Shown here one piece after another: positions 1 to 12,512 of a stretch of 64,000 nucleotides of DNA. The notes beneath the pieces were generated by a model that worked only from the letters and a program-made list of their open reading frames with translations, had not been told where the DNA came from and did not search any database. The translations under genes were made by a program, and so were the position numbers. Positions within the stretch are counted from its first letter, which is position 1. The number at the start of each line of letters is the position of its first letter. Origin of the DNA: Octopus sinensis (Eukaryota); the NCBI RefSeq assembly GCF_006345805.1, contig NC_043023.1:12090001-12154000 (forward strand). The letters are read 5' to 3'.

Positions 1-395
1 TCCATGCTAGCATGGGTTGCACAGTTTGACCGGGGTCTGGGAAGTCAGGAGGCTGCACCAGGCTCCAGTCTGATCTGGCAGTGTTTCTACAGCTGGATGC
101 CCTTCCTAATGCCAACCACTCAGTAAGTGTAGTGGGTGCTTTTACGTGCCACCCGCACAGGTGCCAGACGGGGCTGGCAAACGGCCACGATCGGTTGGTG
201 CTTTTTACGTGCCACTGGCACGGGGGCCAGGCAAGGCTGGCAAACGGCCATGATCGGATGGTGTTTTTTTACGTGCCACTGGCACGAGGCCAGTCAGGGC
301 GGCGCTGGCAACGGCCACGTTCGGATGGTTCTCTTACGTGCCACCGGCACTGGTATCACAGCTGCAATTTCCATTGATGTTGATCGATTTCAAGT
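1..395 (-). mobile_element. RTE-type retroposon 3' portion (RTE LINE tail or RTE-dependent SINE), continuing off the left edge
   Basis: Contains the motif CCATGCTAGCATGGGTTG...CTGGATGCCCTTCCTAATGCCAACCAC with internal ~65-bp repeats. The same sequence recurs about 12 times in the window, usually next to a (GAT)n/(CAT)n tail. The RTE assignment is inferred from the tail type. Confidence 0.75.
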
Positions 396-469
396 AGTTA
401 TTTTGTCTGCTTGCTAATCCACCTTAAGGTTCTTTTTGTCTTCTTCAAGGAACCGATACAGGTTGGCAC

Positions 470-620
470 CTGTGGCGTCACAACTCCTTTCAGCAGCTGA
501 GTGAACAGGAGCAGCATGAAATAAAGTGTCTTGCTCAAGAACACAACACGCAGCCCAGTCCAGGATTCGAGCTCACAACCTGAATCGTATGGTCAAAGCT
601 CTAGCGAGTGAGCCATGCGC
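470..620 (-). mobile_element. tRNA-derived SINE fragment (third family; TCTTGAGCAAGACAC core)
   Basis: The minus strand reads box-B-like GTGAGCTCGAATCC followed by GTGTTCTTGAGCAAGACACTTTATTTC. Related pieces lie at about 9955-10230, 35470-35730, 45500-45760 and 51330-51470. Confidence 0.55.
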
Positions 621-738
621 GTCTCACACGGACACACATATCTTATTGACATCTTTATCATTTCAGAAACAAAGTAGATTGTATTTACAAACCTTAGTTT
701 CATCCTATTGCCATTTATAAGACATAACTATGTCATAC

Positions 739-1495
739 CTTCCCCTATTTATTCCTTCATTTTCTCTCTCACCTTGTCTCGTCTTCTACCCACCCACGCA
801 TCCTAGCAGCCGTATTAAGGAGAGCAGGAACTACTCACTCATCTGGTAAAATCAGGTCAACTGAGTCATCTGTTTTCTGAGAAGTTCTAATTGCTAATTC
901 TTACCTTTATTCACCTAGCTGTGTGGTAAGTAGCTTGCTTACCAACCACATGGTTCCGGGTTCAGTCCCACTGCGTGGCATCTTGGGCAAGTGTCTTCTG
1001 CTATAGCTTCGGCCCGACCAATGCCTTGTGAGTGAATTTGGTAGACGGAAACTGAAAGAAGCCTGTCGTATATATGCATATATGTATGTGTGTGTATATG
1101 TTTGTGTTTGTCTCCCTAGCATTGCTTGACAACCAATGCTGGTGTGTTTATGTCCCCGTCACTTAGTGGTTCGGCAAAAGAGACCGATAGAATAAGTACT
1201 GGGCTTTCAAAGAATAAGTCCCGGGTCGATTTGCTCGACTAAAGGCGGTGCTCCAGCATGGCCGCAGTCAAATGACTGAAACAAGTAAGAGAGAGAAAGC
1301 GATGCCTTCCCCTATATACTCCCTTCATTTTCTCTCTCACCTTGTCTCGTCTTCTACCCAACCACACATTCTAGCAGCCGTATTAACGAGATCAGAAGCT
1401 ACTCATTTACCTGGCAAATCAGGTTAATTGAGTCACCTGGCATTATGTTCTGTTTTCTGAGAAGTTCTAATTGCTAATTCTACCTTTATTCACCT
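739..1495 (+). repeat. ~180-bp diverged direct repeat (739-916 and 1306-1495) flanking a SINE
   Basis: TTCATTTTCTCTCTCACCTTGTCTCGTCTTCTACCC...GAGAAGTTCTAATTGCTAATTC occurs on both sides of the 918-1297 SINE. Confidence 0.85.
918..1297 (+). mobile_element. tRNA-headed CORE-like SINE, full length
   Basis: Box A-like TGTGGTAAGTAGCTTG, box B GGTTCAGTCCC, CORE-like TCTTGGGCAAGTGTCTT, internal (TA/TG)n and an AAGAG-type tail. Further copies at about 5885-6395, 22430-23195, 32385-33165, 42416-43195 and 50795-50955. It resembles described octopus SINEs, but the family name is not verified. Confidence 0.85.
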
Positions 1496-1904
1496 GATTG
1501 AAACGGTTGTCTTGCAGGATGTAGCACTTTTGTTCATCAGTAAAGAACGTGTTTGAAACAGCTGTAGTGAACCACAGCCCATCTTTGTTATTAATCACTC
1601 TTCACCTTACTCAGAACTTTCTTTCGGTTCATTTGCATCTGGAGTCTACAGTCAACAGTGGAATATGTGCAGTGAGTGTAGTCCTTTATGAATGCGATGA
1701 CAGTTACTTGTGGATGTATGCATAATTTGAAGGACAAATCCGTATATAATTTATTAAGTATATATATGTCAGTGTATGCTATGGGTAAATAGGTGGGTTA
1801 TCCACAGCTCTACATTGATGTTTAAATATTTAAACGAGGTAGGAGCATGAAGGTCAAAGGATGATGATGATGATGAAAACACAACAAAGACCAAATCAAT
1901 GTCA

Positions 1905-2144
1905 CTTAAATCTTTTATTCATTATTCTCTCCTAACAAATTCCTCAAAAACTCCAGCACAATCCTCTTCAAAGATCAAAGTTCTCACTGTGTTGATATAT
2001 TTAGATATATCCATGATACTGAAGTTGATATTCATGAAATTGAAGTTGAATACATCAAGCTTGAAGAGGGAGACACCTTGTCTGGTAGAAGACAAAAAAC
2101 TCATAATTGTTGATATGTTGTAATAAATTTTTATATTGATATTT
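1905..2144 (-). other. Conserved ZNF 3' module (3' UTR with AATAAA), gene 1 copy
   Basis: Homologous to the module after every ZNF stop. It lacks exactly one 21-nt subrepeat and is followed by AATAAA and (CAT)n. Confidence 0.8.
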
Positions 2145-3525
<1,381 letters not shown>

Positions 3526-3963
3526 GAGAGGATAATTTGTCATAAATATCACATTGATAGTGTTTATTTCATTTCTATGAGAACGTTTGTGTTCAGTTGT
3601 GTCACTATTTTTAGGGAATAATTTAATGCCGTTTCTTTCAGCTGAGATCTTGCTTAATATCTAAGTCAAGAGGTGACAATTGTCTACACCTTTGTAAAGT
3701 TATCCAAGCTTAATTAACCTGTAAAGCAATCATCTCCTCTATATTCCAGACGGCAAAGACTTCAAATTGTTGCTGTTAATTTCATCGTCCAGAAGAAACA
3801 TTTCCCAATATTTTGTCATAGACTTTCTTTATATAAAAACGTAGATGTATTGATGAATGCTCCTTATAAATATATCGTCCTCCTTTAGTCAATAAAAGTT
3901 GATAAAAACATCAAAGGCACGTCTGGATGAAGTAATTTCTTTTATGTCAACATGATGTGATAT

Positions 3964-4000
3964 TCTGAAACAGAAAAAAAGAGTCAGTGAGATAAAGAGG
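3964..4000 (-). other. Splice acceptor of gene 1 exon 2 (exon starts at 3964)
   Basis: The minus strand reads CTCTTTTTTTCTGTTTCAG|AATATCACATC. The same acceptor context is found at 10448, 17149, 35960, 45991, 53736 (-) and 63281 (-). Confidence 0.75.
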
Positions 4001-4059
4001 ATAGTCAAAAGATACAGTGATTCAACATTTGGAAATATTCATTTCTACTCTAGGCACAA

Positions 4060-4215
4060 GGTCCAGAATTTGTGGGGAGGGGCCAGGCAATTAGATCAAC
4101 CCCAGTATATAAATGGTACTCAATTTATTGACCCTGAAAGGATGAAACACAAAGTCGACCTTGGCAGAATCTGAACTCAGAACATAACGATGGACGAAAT
4201 ACTGCTAAGCATTTT
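4060..4215 (-). mobile_element. Meta-domain-like tRNA SINE fragment
   Basis: Reverse complement contains GTCGACTTTGTGTTTCATCCTTTCAGGGTCAATAAATTGAGTACC. Confidence 0.65.
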
Positions 4216-4329
4216 GCACAACATTGCAAATATTACAACATCGGCTTTGTCATTCATTTAATGTCCATGTTTCTAGTGGTCAGAATCAATTGAGGCATGG
4301 AAAGGTTTACTGCCTGACTGGCCCCAAGC

Positions 4330-4575
4330 CAGTGTCACATAAAACACACAGTACACTCTTGGAGTGGTTGCTAATTCTTGAAACGGTTGTCTTGCAGGAT
4401 GTAGCACTTTTGTTCATCAGTAAAGAACGTGTTTGAAACATCCAGATGTAGAAACATTACCAGATCATTTTGGAACCTGGTGCAGCCTCCTGATCTGCCA
4501 GCCTTCACTCAAACCGTCCGACCCATCCCAGCATTGAAAGCAGACGTTAAACAACGAGGATGATGATGATGATGT
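4330..4575 (+). mobile_element. RTE-type retroposon 3' end with (GAT)n tail, interrupted by a templated insertion
   Basis: GGAGTGGTTG...AACCGTCCGACCCATCCCAGCATTGAAAGCAGACGTTAAAC followed by (GAT)n. Confidence 0.75.
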
Positions 4576-5043
4576 ATATAGCGGAATCATTTCTACCTTT
4601 CTCTCTTTTTTCCTTCTTTTCTTTGTTTTCCTTGCTTCACATGTGAAGTGGGGTGGCTTAGTTGGTAGGGCACTTACCTCACAATTGCTGAATCTTTACA
4701 ATTAATTTATGCATATATATCATTCCAACATGTGAACCAATAATCTGGCCCCTTTATTTCTCACTCTCTCTCTCCCTGTGGTTTCCTCTCACCCCTTTCT
4801 CTCGACAAGTGTATGCTTGAAACATGAAACACTTTCCCATTCTTCCTGAGGATATCTTGACCCCCTACTGTGAAAGTTGAGTGACATACCAAGAGAACCA
4901 GGTTTAGAGGAGTTTATTTTGGCTTGCACAGATGATATCACTATCAGCGTTACCACAGCAGCATGCCTACATGAAGTGGGTAAGGCTATCGAGGTTTACA
5001 AGACGGTGGCAGGATACCCTTCCCCCTAACCCTTATAAATGTG

Positions 5044-5459
5044 GGATCTTTTCGGTTTGACCGGCAGTTTTTAAAATAATTTCCACGCAACTAAACACTT
5101 TTAAACTTCGTATACTGGTAGAATGTGTTTATAAAACATCTTTTTCTCTTGGCTTTATTGAAAAAAATTCTATACTTTGTAAGATATTTGTTGTTTTTTT
5201 CTTCAGTTTCTGCAATTTCAACCAATCAATGACGTCTATTGAGATAAAAAACATTCTGTATCGTATGAATATGTCCCTCGTTTAAGAAACAGATTGGGTT
5301 TATTTACATTTCTGAAGAAACAAAGATACCCTTCCCCCACCCCTAACCCTCACCCTAAAACAGATTGAAATGCAATACATCGATACTAGGGTCATAATTA
5401 TGGGTGACAATTTCATATGACACCGCTAGAAAAAACTGCCGTTCAAACCGAAAAGATCC
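5044..5459. mobile_element. MITE, 416 bp, with ~28-bp TIRs GGATCTTTTCGGTTTGA(A/C)CGGCAG
   Basis: Left end GGATCTTTTCGGTTTGACCGGCAGTTTTT; right end AAAAACTGCCGTTCAAACCGAAAAGATCC; internal CCCTAA motif; no ORF. Partial copies at about 13255-13612, 21030-21540, 31000-31500, 41030-41530, 56041-56500, 57121-57470 and 63610-64000. Superfamily not assignable because the TSD is unclear. Confidence 0.9.
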
Positions 5460-5545
5460 GTTGAATTCGTTCCGGTCTTCTTCTTCGTCGCATTCAGTCA
5501 ACAACTTCACTTCCAAATTTCCACCAGATTATTATAACAAAGTCT

Positions 5546-5670
5546 ACTCACATATTCTATTCTACGACCGATTCCAGCTCATGACTTCACCGCAAATACC
5601 TTAAGAAATAATCCGTCTTGAGGGTGTGGCATCCTGACCTGACGTCATGCCGTCGCTCTTCCGGTTCCCT
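5546..5670 (-). promoter_or_regulatory. Candidate promoter and non-coding exon 1 of gene 1 (ETS + CRE + GC/GT box; donor AT|GTGAGT at 5551)
   Basis: On the minus strand: ACCGGAAG (5658-5665), TGACGTCA (5640-5647), GCCACACCC (5622-5630), then a donor at 5551 pointing to the 3965 acceptor. CpG-enriched relative to the flanks. Confidence 0.6.
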
Positions 5671-5823
5671 CCCCCACAGCATTTCCTCTCTTTTCCAATT
5701 ATTGTCCCTCCTCTCCTCTTGATCCCGATCTAAATAAAACTGCTTCTCTATTCCGCTCATAATCGGCCATTCTGTTGGGTGTGATGTTCATTCACATTCC
5801 TAGTTGGTCTACTGTAGTGGATG

Positions 5824-6446
5824 GATGTTTTCGGTTTGAACGGCAGTTTTTTAAAATAATTTCCACGTAATTTCCGGCGCAGGAGTTGTTGTGTGGTAAG
5901 TAGCTTTTATATTGTAAATATTATATATATTTCATTGTAAATACCAAAACGTTTTAAGCTACTACACCCTATATGTTTGTCTGAATTTGTATGTCCCCTC
6001 TATGTAACGCCTTAATGACGAATCTTTCATGAAATAAAGTAGCTTGCTAACCAACCACATGGTTCCGGGTTCAGTCCCACTGCGTGACACCTTAAGAAAG
6101 TGTCGTCTACTATAGCCTCGGGCCGACCAAAGCCTTCTGAGTGGATTTTGTAGACGGAAACTGAAAGAAGCCCGTCGTATATATACGTGTGTGTGTGTGT
6201 TTGACCCCGTAGCATTGCTTAACAACTGATGCTGGTGTGTTTATGTCCCCGTAACTTGGCGGTTCGGCAAAATGGACCGATAGAATAAGTACTAGGCTTA
6301 CAAAAAATAAGTCCTGGGGTCGATTTGCTCGACTAAAGGCGGTGCTCCAGCATGGCCCCAGTCAAATGACTGAAACAAGTAAAAGAGTAAAGAGTAACTA
6401 AACACTTAATTAAAAAAACTGCCGTTCGAACCGAAAAGATCCGTAC
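5824..6446. mobile_element. Internally deleted MITE shell carrying a nested CORE-like SINE
   Basis: Left TIR at 5824, then MITE sequence ATAATTTCCACG, then the SINE, then resumption of TAACTAAACACTT and the right TIR ending at 6446. Same arrangement at 22405-23245, 32352-33215 and 42383-43245. Confidence 0.75.
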
Positions 6447-6514
6447 CTAGTAGAGTTTTATAGCAGAATATATGAGTACATTTTATTAAAATAATCTGAT
6501 GAAAATTGGGATTA

Positions 6515-6691
6515 AGAAAAAACCGGAACGAAACCAACCAGTCAGTAGAGCCATCTATTGGAGAATTGAAGGAATACAACTTTACAAATGGAAGTAACTT
6601 CAACTCCACTTTGCCGCCACCAATTAAATTATTAATTAAGGTGCTTAATTACTGATCGTTGATTCGCTGTTTATGTCTGAATACGGTAAGT
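6515..6691 (+). promoter_or_regulatory. Conserved upstream module: CCGGAA + ATTGG (inverted CCAAT) and candidate exon 1 ending ACG|GTAAGT (intron starts 6686)
   Basis: A homologous module with the same donor lies upstream of same-strand ZNF copies. Intron starts are at 13855, about 23480, 33470, 43499 and 56848 (-). Confidence 0.6.
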
Positions 6692-7164
6692 TGATAAAGA
6701 TTTACTTTAAGGCTGTAACGGTGATAATAATGCTAATAATGATAATGTAAAGAATAGAATTATGTAACTCTCTCGATATTACAGTAATTATTTTTCGAAG
6801 CGGGAACCTGACAACAATTAGGAAAATATAATTTGCTCGTCTTAATTAATAACTTCCAAACTGATCTGTTGTTTAGGAAAACCTACAATCGACTTTTATA
6901 TGTGATATAAAGGAAATTAATTGGTAAAATGAAAGTAATGTGTCATTATTGATTAGTAAAAGGTGAGGGGAACGGTTGAAGACTACCACATTAATTAATT
7001 CTGTTGTGTCTGGGGAGAGTCATCCTCTTTTAGTGCCTTATTATTTAACACACTCACCGATAAAATTTCGACTTTTTTTTTTCTGCAATTTTCGTTTCGT
7101 CTTGCAACCTTTTCAATAGTTTTGACTCTGTCCGTTATTTACACTTTTGTTTGTTTGTGCGGTC

Positions 7165-8010
7165 GATAAATTAAGTACCTATTTCTTTATTACCCACAAG
7201 GTGCTAAACATAGAGGGGACAGGCATAGGTATTAAATCGATTACATCGACCGCAGTGCGTAACTGGTACTTAATTTATCGACCCCGAAAGGATGAAACAT
7301 AAAGTCGACCTCGGCGGAATTTGAACTCACAACGTAACGACAGACGAAACACGGCTACGGATTTCGCCCGGCGTGCTAACGTTTCTGCCAGGTCGACTCT
7401 GCCTTTCATCCTTTCGCGGTCGATAAATTAAGTACCAGTTACGCACTGGGGTCGATGTAATCGACTTAATCCCTTTGTCTGTCCTATGTTTAGCCCCTTG
7501 TGGGTAATAAGGAAACAGATAAAAATTTCAAATTTTGGCCCAGGGCCAGCAACCTTTCATGTGAGCGAGAAGTAGATATATAGACCCCAAGGCGGCGAGC
7601 TGGCAGAAACGTTAGTGTTCCGGGCGAAATGCTTAGCGGTATTTCGTCTGCGTTACGTTGTGAGTTCAAATTCCGCCGAGGTCGACTTTGCCTTTCATCC
7701 TTTCGGGGTCGATAAATTAAGTACCAGTTACGCACTGGGGTCGATGTAATCGACTTAATACCTATGTCTGTCCTTGTTTGTCCCCTCTGTGTTTAGCCCC
7801 TTGTGGGTAATAAAGAGATAGGTATTTCGTCTGCGTTACGTTGTGAGTTCAAATTCCGCCGAGGTCGAATTTGCCTTTCATCCATTCGAGGTCGATGAAT
7901 TAAGTACCAGTAACGCACTGGGGTCGATGTAATCGACTTAATACCTATGTCTGTCCTTGTTTGTCCCCTCTGTGTTTAGCCCCTTGTGGGCAATAAAGAA
8001 ATAAGAATAT
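7165..8010. mobile_element. Cluster of Meta-domain-like tRNA SINEs (one minus copy, then tandem plus copies)
   Basis: Head GGCGGCGAGCTGGCAGAAACGTTAG..GAGTTCAAATTCC and core GGTCGACTTTGCCTTTCATCCTTTCGGGGTCGATAAATTAAGTACC, repeated. Also at about 33970-34290, 44000-44320 and 57665-57890. Confidence 0.8.
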
Positions 8011-8391
8011 ATGGACCCCAGTATTTCCAGAAAGGAATGAAAGGCAAGATCGACCTCGGCCTTATTTGAACTCAGAACCTTCCGCCGAAGTCGAGATTCG
8101 ACTTAAATTCGATTCAGAGTGTATAAATAATAACGACGATGATGATGATGATAAGCATTTTTACTTAAGCATAAGGCCTGTAATTTGGTTGGGAGGTGTA
8201 ATTCTATTGTATTAAGACCCCTGCTTCTTATTTTATTGAACTCGAAAGTCTGAAAGGCAAAATGAACCACGGTGGAATTTGAACTTTCAGAGTAAATCTG
8301 ATGAGAGTTACATGTGATAGAAAGTAAATAGATAAAAGATTTCGTAGATTAACGGTAATTCAGAATCGTTACATGTTCTTTACACTTAATG

Positions 8392-8788
8392 AATCTTTTC
8401 CTTTTGAACGGCAGTTTTCAACACAATTTCTAGTTAACTAAACCCTTTAAAACTTCGTATACTGGTAGAATGTGTCAAAATAAAACATTTTTTTCTCTTG
8501 GCTTTCTTGAGAAAATTGTAATTTGTTTGTTTAACGTAGTTTCATTTTTTGAATTTTAACCAATCCTATGCCCTCTATTGAGCTAAAATAATTTGCTGCG
8601 TCTAAAACTGAGACAACATCCAGTAACTAACCCTAACCCTAATTTTTTTTTTGTTAATTGTTAAATTAATTTAATTGTTTATAGAATTATTTTGATTGTT
8701 AATTGTTTAAATCACTTTCCATTGCTTTCAGGTTTTTTACACGCGTGACAATTGAATTAATTTAGGCCTTCAAAAGGAAAAGATCCCA
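8392..8788. mobile_element. MITE/foldback subfamily (TIR GGATCTTTTCCTTTTGAA) with most of the right arm deleted
   Basis: Left GAATCTTTTCCTTTTGAACGGCAG; right TTCAAAAGGAAAAGATCC. The full two-armed form is at 34634-35235. Confidence 0.75.
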
Positions 8789-9063
8789 TTTAATTACTGC
8801 ACAATAAGAGGAAACTTGCCTAATTAATTCTGATAGAATAGCTACAAATCCGTCTGGGGTAAGTACTTAAATGTACTCCACCGACTTCGTTTTCTCGTCA
8901 CTTTCTGAAAAATTGGTGTTTTTAAATGAAATCTCTAAAAGAAGTACTCCAGCATGGCTACAGTCCCTGGGTAAAACAGTAACTGACACTCTGTGTTTTA
9001 GTTTAGCCAATCAACTGAAAAGCCTGCTCATGGAATTGACATTCAAATGGCTGAGCATTTTTA

Positions 9064-9470
9064 AATCATCATCATCATCGTTTAACATCCGTTTTCCGTG
9101 CGAGCATGGGTTGGACGGTTCGACCAGGGTCTGGGAAGCCTGGAGGCTGCACCAGGCTCCAGTTTGATCTGGCAGTGTTTCTACGGCTGGATGCCCTTCC
9201 TAACGCCAACCACTCCGTGAGTGTAGTGGGTGCTTTTTACATGCCACCTGCACAGGTGCCAGACGAGGCTGGCAAACGCCCACGATCGGTTGGTGCTTTT
9301 TACGTGCCACCAGTACAGGGGCCAGACGAGGCTGGCAAACACCAACGATTGGTTGGTGCATTTTACGTGCCGCCGGCATGGGGGCCAGACGAGGCTGGCA
9401 AACGGCCACCAACGGATGGTGCTTTTTACGTGCCACCAGTACAGGGGCCAGACGGGGCTGGCAATGGCCA
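9064..9470 (-). mobile_element. RTE-type retroposon 3' end with 4-5 internal ~62-bp tandem repeats
   Basis: Begins (CAT)n CGTTTAACATCCG and carries a repeated GGTGCTTTTTACGTGCCACC unit. Confidence 0.8.
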
Positions 9471-10884
9471 CGAAATCTCCTATTACTTTATTTCAGATGA
9501 TTACAGTTTTAATACTTTTCAGATGGTGCAGTTTGTGATTATATCCGAATTTGTTATGAAAACCTGCTTTCGGGGCCTGTGCAGTGTAGAAGAATTTCAT
9601 TTGATTCACACGCATCAGTCTCATTTCATTATAATTTACTCAAAAATTTGTGTTCTAATGAAATTTTGTAAAAGGTACCATTCGAGTGGTATAGATTACG
9701 ATTGCATCGGAATTTGTTGTGAAAACCTTTCTCTCTCTCTTTTCAACAAATTCAAAAGTATCTCATCCTCTGCAGGTCGTTTAGTATGCTAGAAACAGCA
9801 GTCATTACATGGCTTTATCCTAAGACCTGTAGCATGACAAACCTTTCCTTTTAGGTACATTTATTTGTGGGATTAATAAAAAGTACTCCAGCATGGGCAC
9901 AGTCCCTGGGTGACACAGTAAGTGACACTCTGTTTTAGTTTAGCCAATCAACTGAAAAGCCGGCTCATGGAATTAACATGCAAATGGCTGAGTATTCCAC
10001 AGACATAGGGACCCTTGATATAGTCTTCAGTGAGGCACAGCATGACACGGATGGTGAGAAGACTGGCCCTTTGAATTACAGGTGAAACTCATTTTTGACA
10101 CCTGAGTGGACTGATGCAAAGTGAAATAAAATGGCTTGGAGACTCATTGCACCACTGTGTATCGAACTCACAACTTTACAATTGTGAGTGAAATACCCTA
10201 ACCACTAAGCCATGCCACTTCACAGGTGAAACAAGTGAAAGGAGAGAAGAGAAAGAAAACAGATAAATAATTAGAGAAATGTGGAAGCGATTCATCTATA
10301 TACAGAATGTTGTAAAAGTTTCAATGCCTCAATGGATTCTGACCCATGCAAACGTAGATATTAAATGGATGACAATTGATGTCGTAAAATTGAATTACTC
10401 TGTTGTTTAACTATCCATTTTATCTTACTGTCTCTTTTCTTATTTCAGATTATCACATCGTGTCAACATAAAAGAAATTTCTTCATTCAGATGTGCCTCT
10501 GATGTTTTTATTGACTTTCCTTGACTGAAGGACGTCCACGTATTAACAAGAAACATTCATCAATACATCAAACTCTTAATATAAATTTGATCTTTGACAA
10601 ATGATGGGAAAAAACTTCTGAACATTGTATTTCACAACATTTTTTTCTTCACTGTCTGGAATGTGGAGGAGATTATCAATTAACAGGTTAATTAACATTG
10701 GATAACTTTACAAAAGATTTGACAGTTTTCATTTTCTATTTTAGACATTGAGTAAAATCAAAAACGAAAGAAACATAACGTTAAATTCTTCTCTGGAAAT
10801 AGTGACACAACTAAACACTAACATCCACAGAATTTTGAAAAACACACTATTATTGTGATATTTATGAGAAATTATTCTCTCATA

Positions 10885-12381
10885 ATGAATAATTTGACTA
10901 AACCTAAACCTCTTGATACAAGAGAGAAGCCATATCATTGTGATATCTGTGGTAAGTCATTCGGTGAAGAAAGGGTCTTAACCAAACACAAATGCATTGA
11001 TACAGGAGAGAAATCACATCACTGTGATGTATGTGGAAGATCATTCTCTAAAAGGGTTTCTTTGACTTGTCACGAATGTATTCATACTGGGGAAAAACCA
11101 CATCATTGTGATATCTGTGGTAAATCATTCTCTCAAAGTGCTTCTTTGACTAAACACAAACGTATTCATACTGGGGAAAAACCATATCACTGTGATATCT
11201 GTGGCAAATTATTTTCTTGGTCTTGTTCCTTGAAATCACACAAATATACTCATACAGGAGAGAAGCCATATCACTGTGATATCTGTGGTAAATCATTCTC
11301 TCAAAGGGGTAACTTGACTTATCACAAACGTATTCATACTGGGGAAAAACCATATCAGTGTGATATTTGTGGTAAATTATTTTCTAGGTTTGGTCCCTTG
11401 AAATCACACAAACGTGTTCATACAGGAGAGAAGCCATATCACTGTGATATTTGTGGTAAATCATTCTCTCAAAGGGGTAACTTGACTTATCACACATACA
11501 CACATACAGGAGAGAAGCCATTTCATGGTGATATTTGTGATAAATCTTTCACTAGCAGTAGTCAATTAATTCGTCACAAACGCATTCATATTGGGGAAAA
11601 ACCACATCACTGTGACATCTGTGGTAAGTCATTCTCTCAAAATAGTAATTTAACTAGTCACAAACGTATTCATACTGAGGAAAAACCATATCAGTGTGAT
11701 ATCTGTGGTAAGTCATTTTCTGAGTCTGGTTCCTTGATAAGACACAAACGTGTTCATACAGGAGAGAAACCATATCACTGTGATATTTGTGGTTGGTCAT
11801 TCTCTGATGGGAGTGCATTGACTAGACACACAATCACACATACAGGAGAGAAGCCATTTCGTTGTGATATTTGTGATAAATCGTTTTCCAGAAACAGTGA
11901 ATTGATTTGTCACAAACGCATTCATACTGGGGAAAATCCATACCAATGTGATATCTGCGGTAAATCGTTTACCAGAAATAACACTCTCACTCGTCACAAA
12001 CGTATTCATACTGGGGAAAAACCATATCAGTGTGATATCTGTGGTAAATCATTCTTTCAAGGTGGCGACATATCTAGACATAAACGTACTCATACAGGTG
12101 AAAAGCCATACCATTGTAATATCTGTGGTAGATCATTTTCTGGAAGTAGTGACTTGATTAAACACAAACGTATTCATACAGGAGAGAAACCATATCATTG
12201 TAATGTCTGTGGTAAATTATTCTCTGAAAATTCTAGTTTGACTAGACACAAACGTGTTCATACAGGAGAGAGGCCATATCATTGTAATATCTGTGGTAAA
12301 TCATTCTCCCGAAATGCGGGCTTGTCTAATCACATACGTACCCATACGGGGAAGAAGCCACATAATTGTGATATCTGGTGA
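10885..12381 (+). CDS. C2H2 ZNF gene 2, 17 tandem fingers (2 degenerate), no effector domain
   Basis: Intact ORF with the conserved start MNNLTKPK (an in-frame ATG also lies at 10864) and TGEKPY linkers. Finger 1 ends in HKCID and finger 8 has C->G (HGDIC). Acceptor at 10448. Confidence 0.92.
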   Translation: MNNLTKPKPLDTREKPYHCDICGKSFGEERVLTKHKCIDTGEKSHHCDVCGRSFSKRVSLTCHECIHTGEKPHHCDICGKSFSQSASLTKHKRIHTGEKPYHCDICGKLFSWSCSLKSHKYTHTGEKPYHCDICGKSFSQRGNLTYHKRIHTGEKPYQCDICGKLFSRFGPLKSHKRVHTGEKPYHCDICGKSFSQRGNLTYHTYTHTGEKPFHGDICDKSFTSSSQLIRHKRIHIGEKPHHCDICGKSFSQNSNLTSHKRIHTEEKPYQCDICGKSFSESGSLIRHKRVHTGEKPYHCDICGWSFSDGSALTRHTITHTGEKPFRCDICDKSFSRNSELICHKRIHTGENPYQCDICGKSFTRNNTLTRHKRIHTGEKPYQCDICGKSFFQGGDISRHKRTHTGEKPYHCNICGRSFSGSSDLIKHKRIHTGEKPYHCNVCGKLFSENSSLTRHKRVHTGERPYHCNICGKSFSRNAGLSNHIRTHTGKKPHNCDIW

Positions 12382-12512
12382 ATCATTCCCTAGCAATAGT
12401 AACAAACCTATTCATACTGGGGGGAAAAACCATATCATTGTGATATTTGTGGTGAGTCATTCTCTGTAAATGGCCTCTTAAGTACACGTGTGAGTATTCA
12501 TACACAAGTGTA

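Noticed and set aside
81-417. Recurring ORFs such as FLQLDALPNANHSVSVVGAF
   Set aside because: They are chance frames on the reverse strand of the RTE-type repeat and recur only because the repeat does.
918-975. tRNA-like box A/B sequences
   Set aside because: They are SINE heads: no acceptor stem or terminator, and they continue into SINE bodies.
5335-5360. CCCTAA telomere-like motifs
   Set aside because: Only 1-2 units, always at the same position inside the MITE.
5885-5905. GTG|GTAAGT in SINE heads as the first-exon donor
   Set aside because: It is intrinsic to every copy of the SINE. The conserved GAATACG|GTAA donor explains the gene structure better, although use of this site is not excluded.
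10449-10590. Relic reading frame at the start of exon 2 (IKEISSFRCASD...)
   Set aside because: It has no conserved ATG and carries internal stops in at least three paralogue types, so it is not maintained as coding.
10885-12381. 84-bp repeats with variable inserts, superficially CRISPR-like
   Set aside because: They are in-frame C2H2 finger codons, and the variable part is the recognition helix. The context is eukaryotic and there are no cas genes.
12370-12400. A-to-I read-through of the TGA stop into vestigial fingers
   Set aside because: The downstream fingers are out of frame and another stop follows within a few codons. Editing the gene 1 stops would give Trp rather than restore Glu or Cys.
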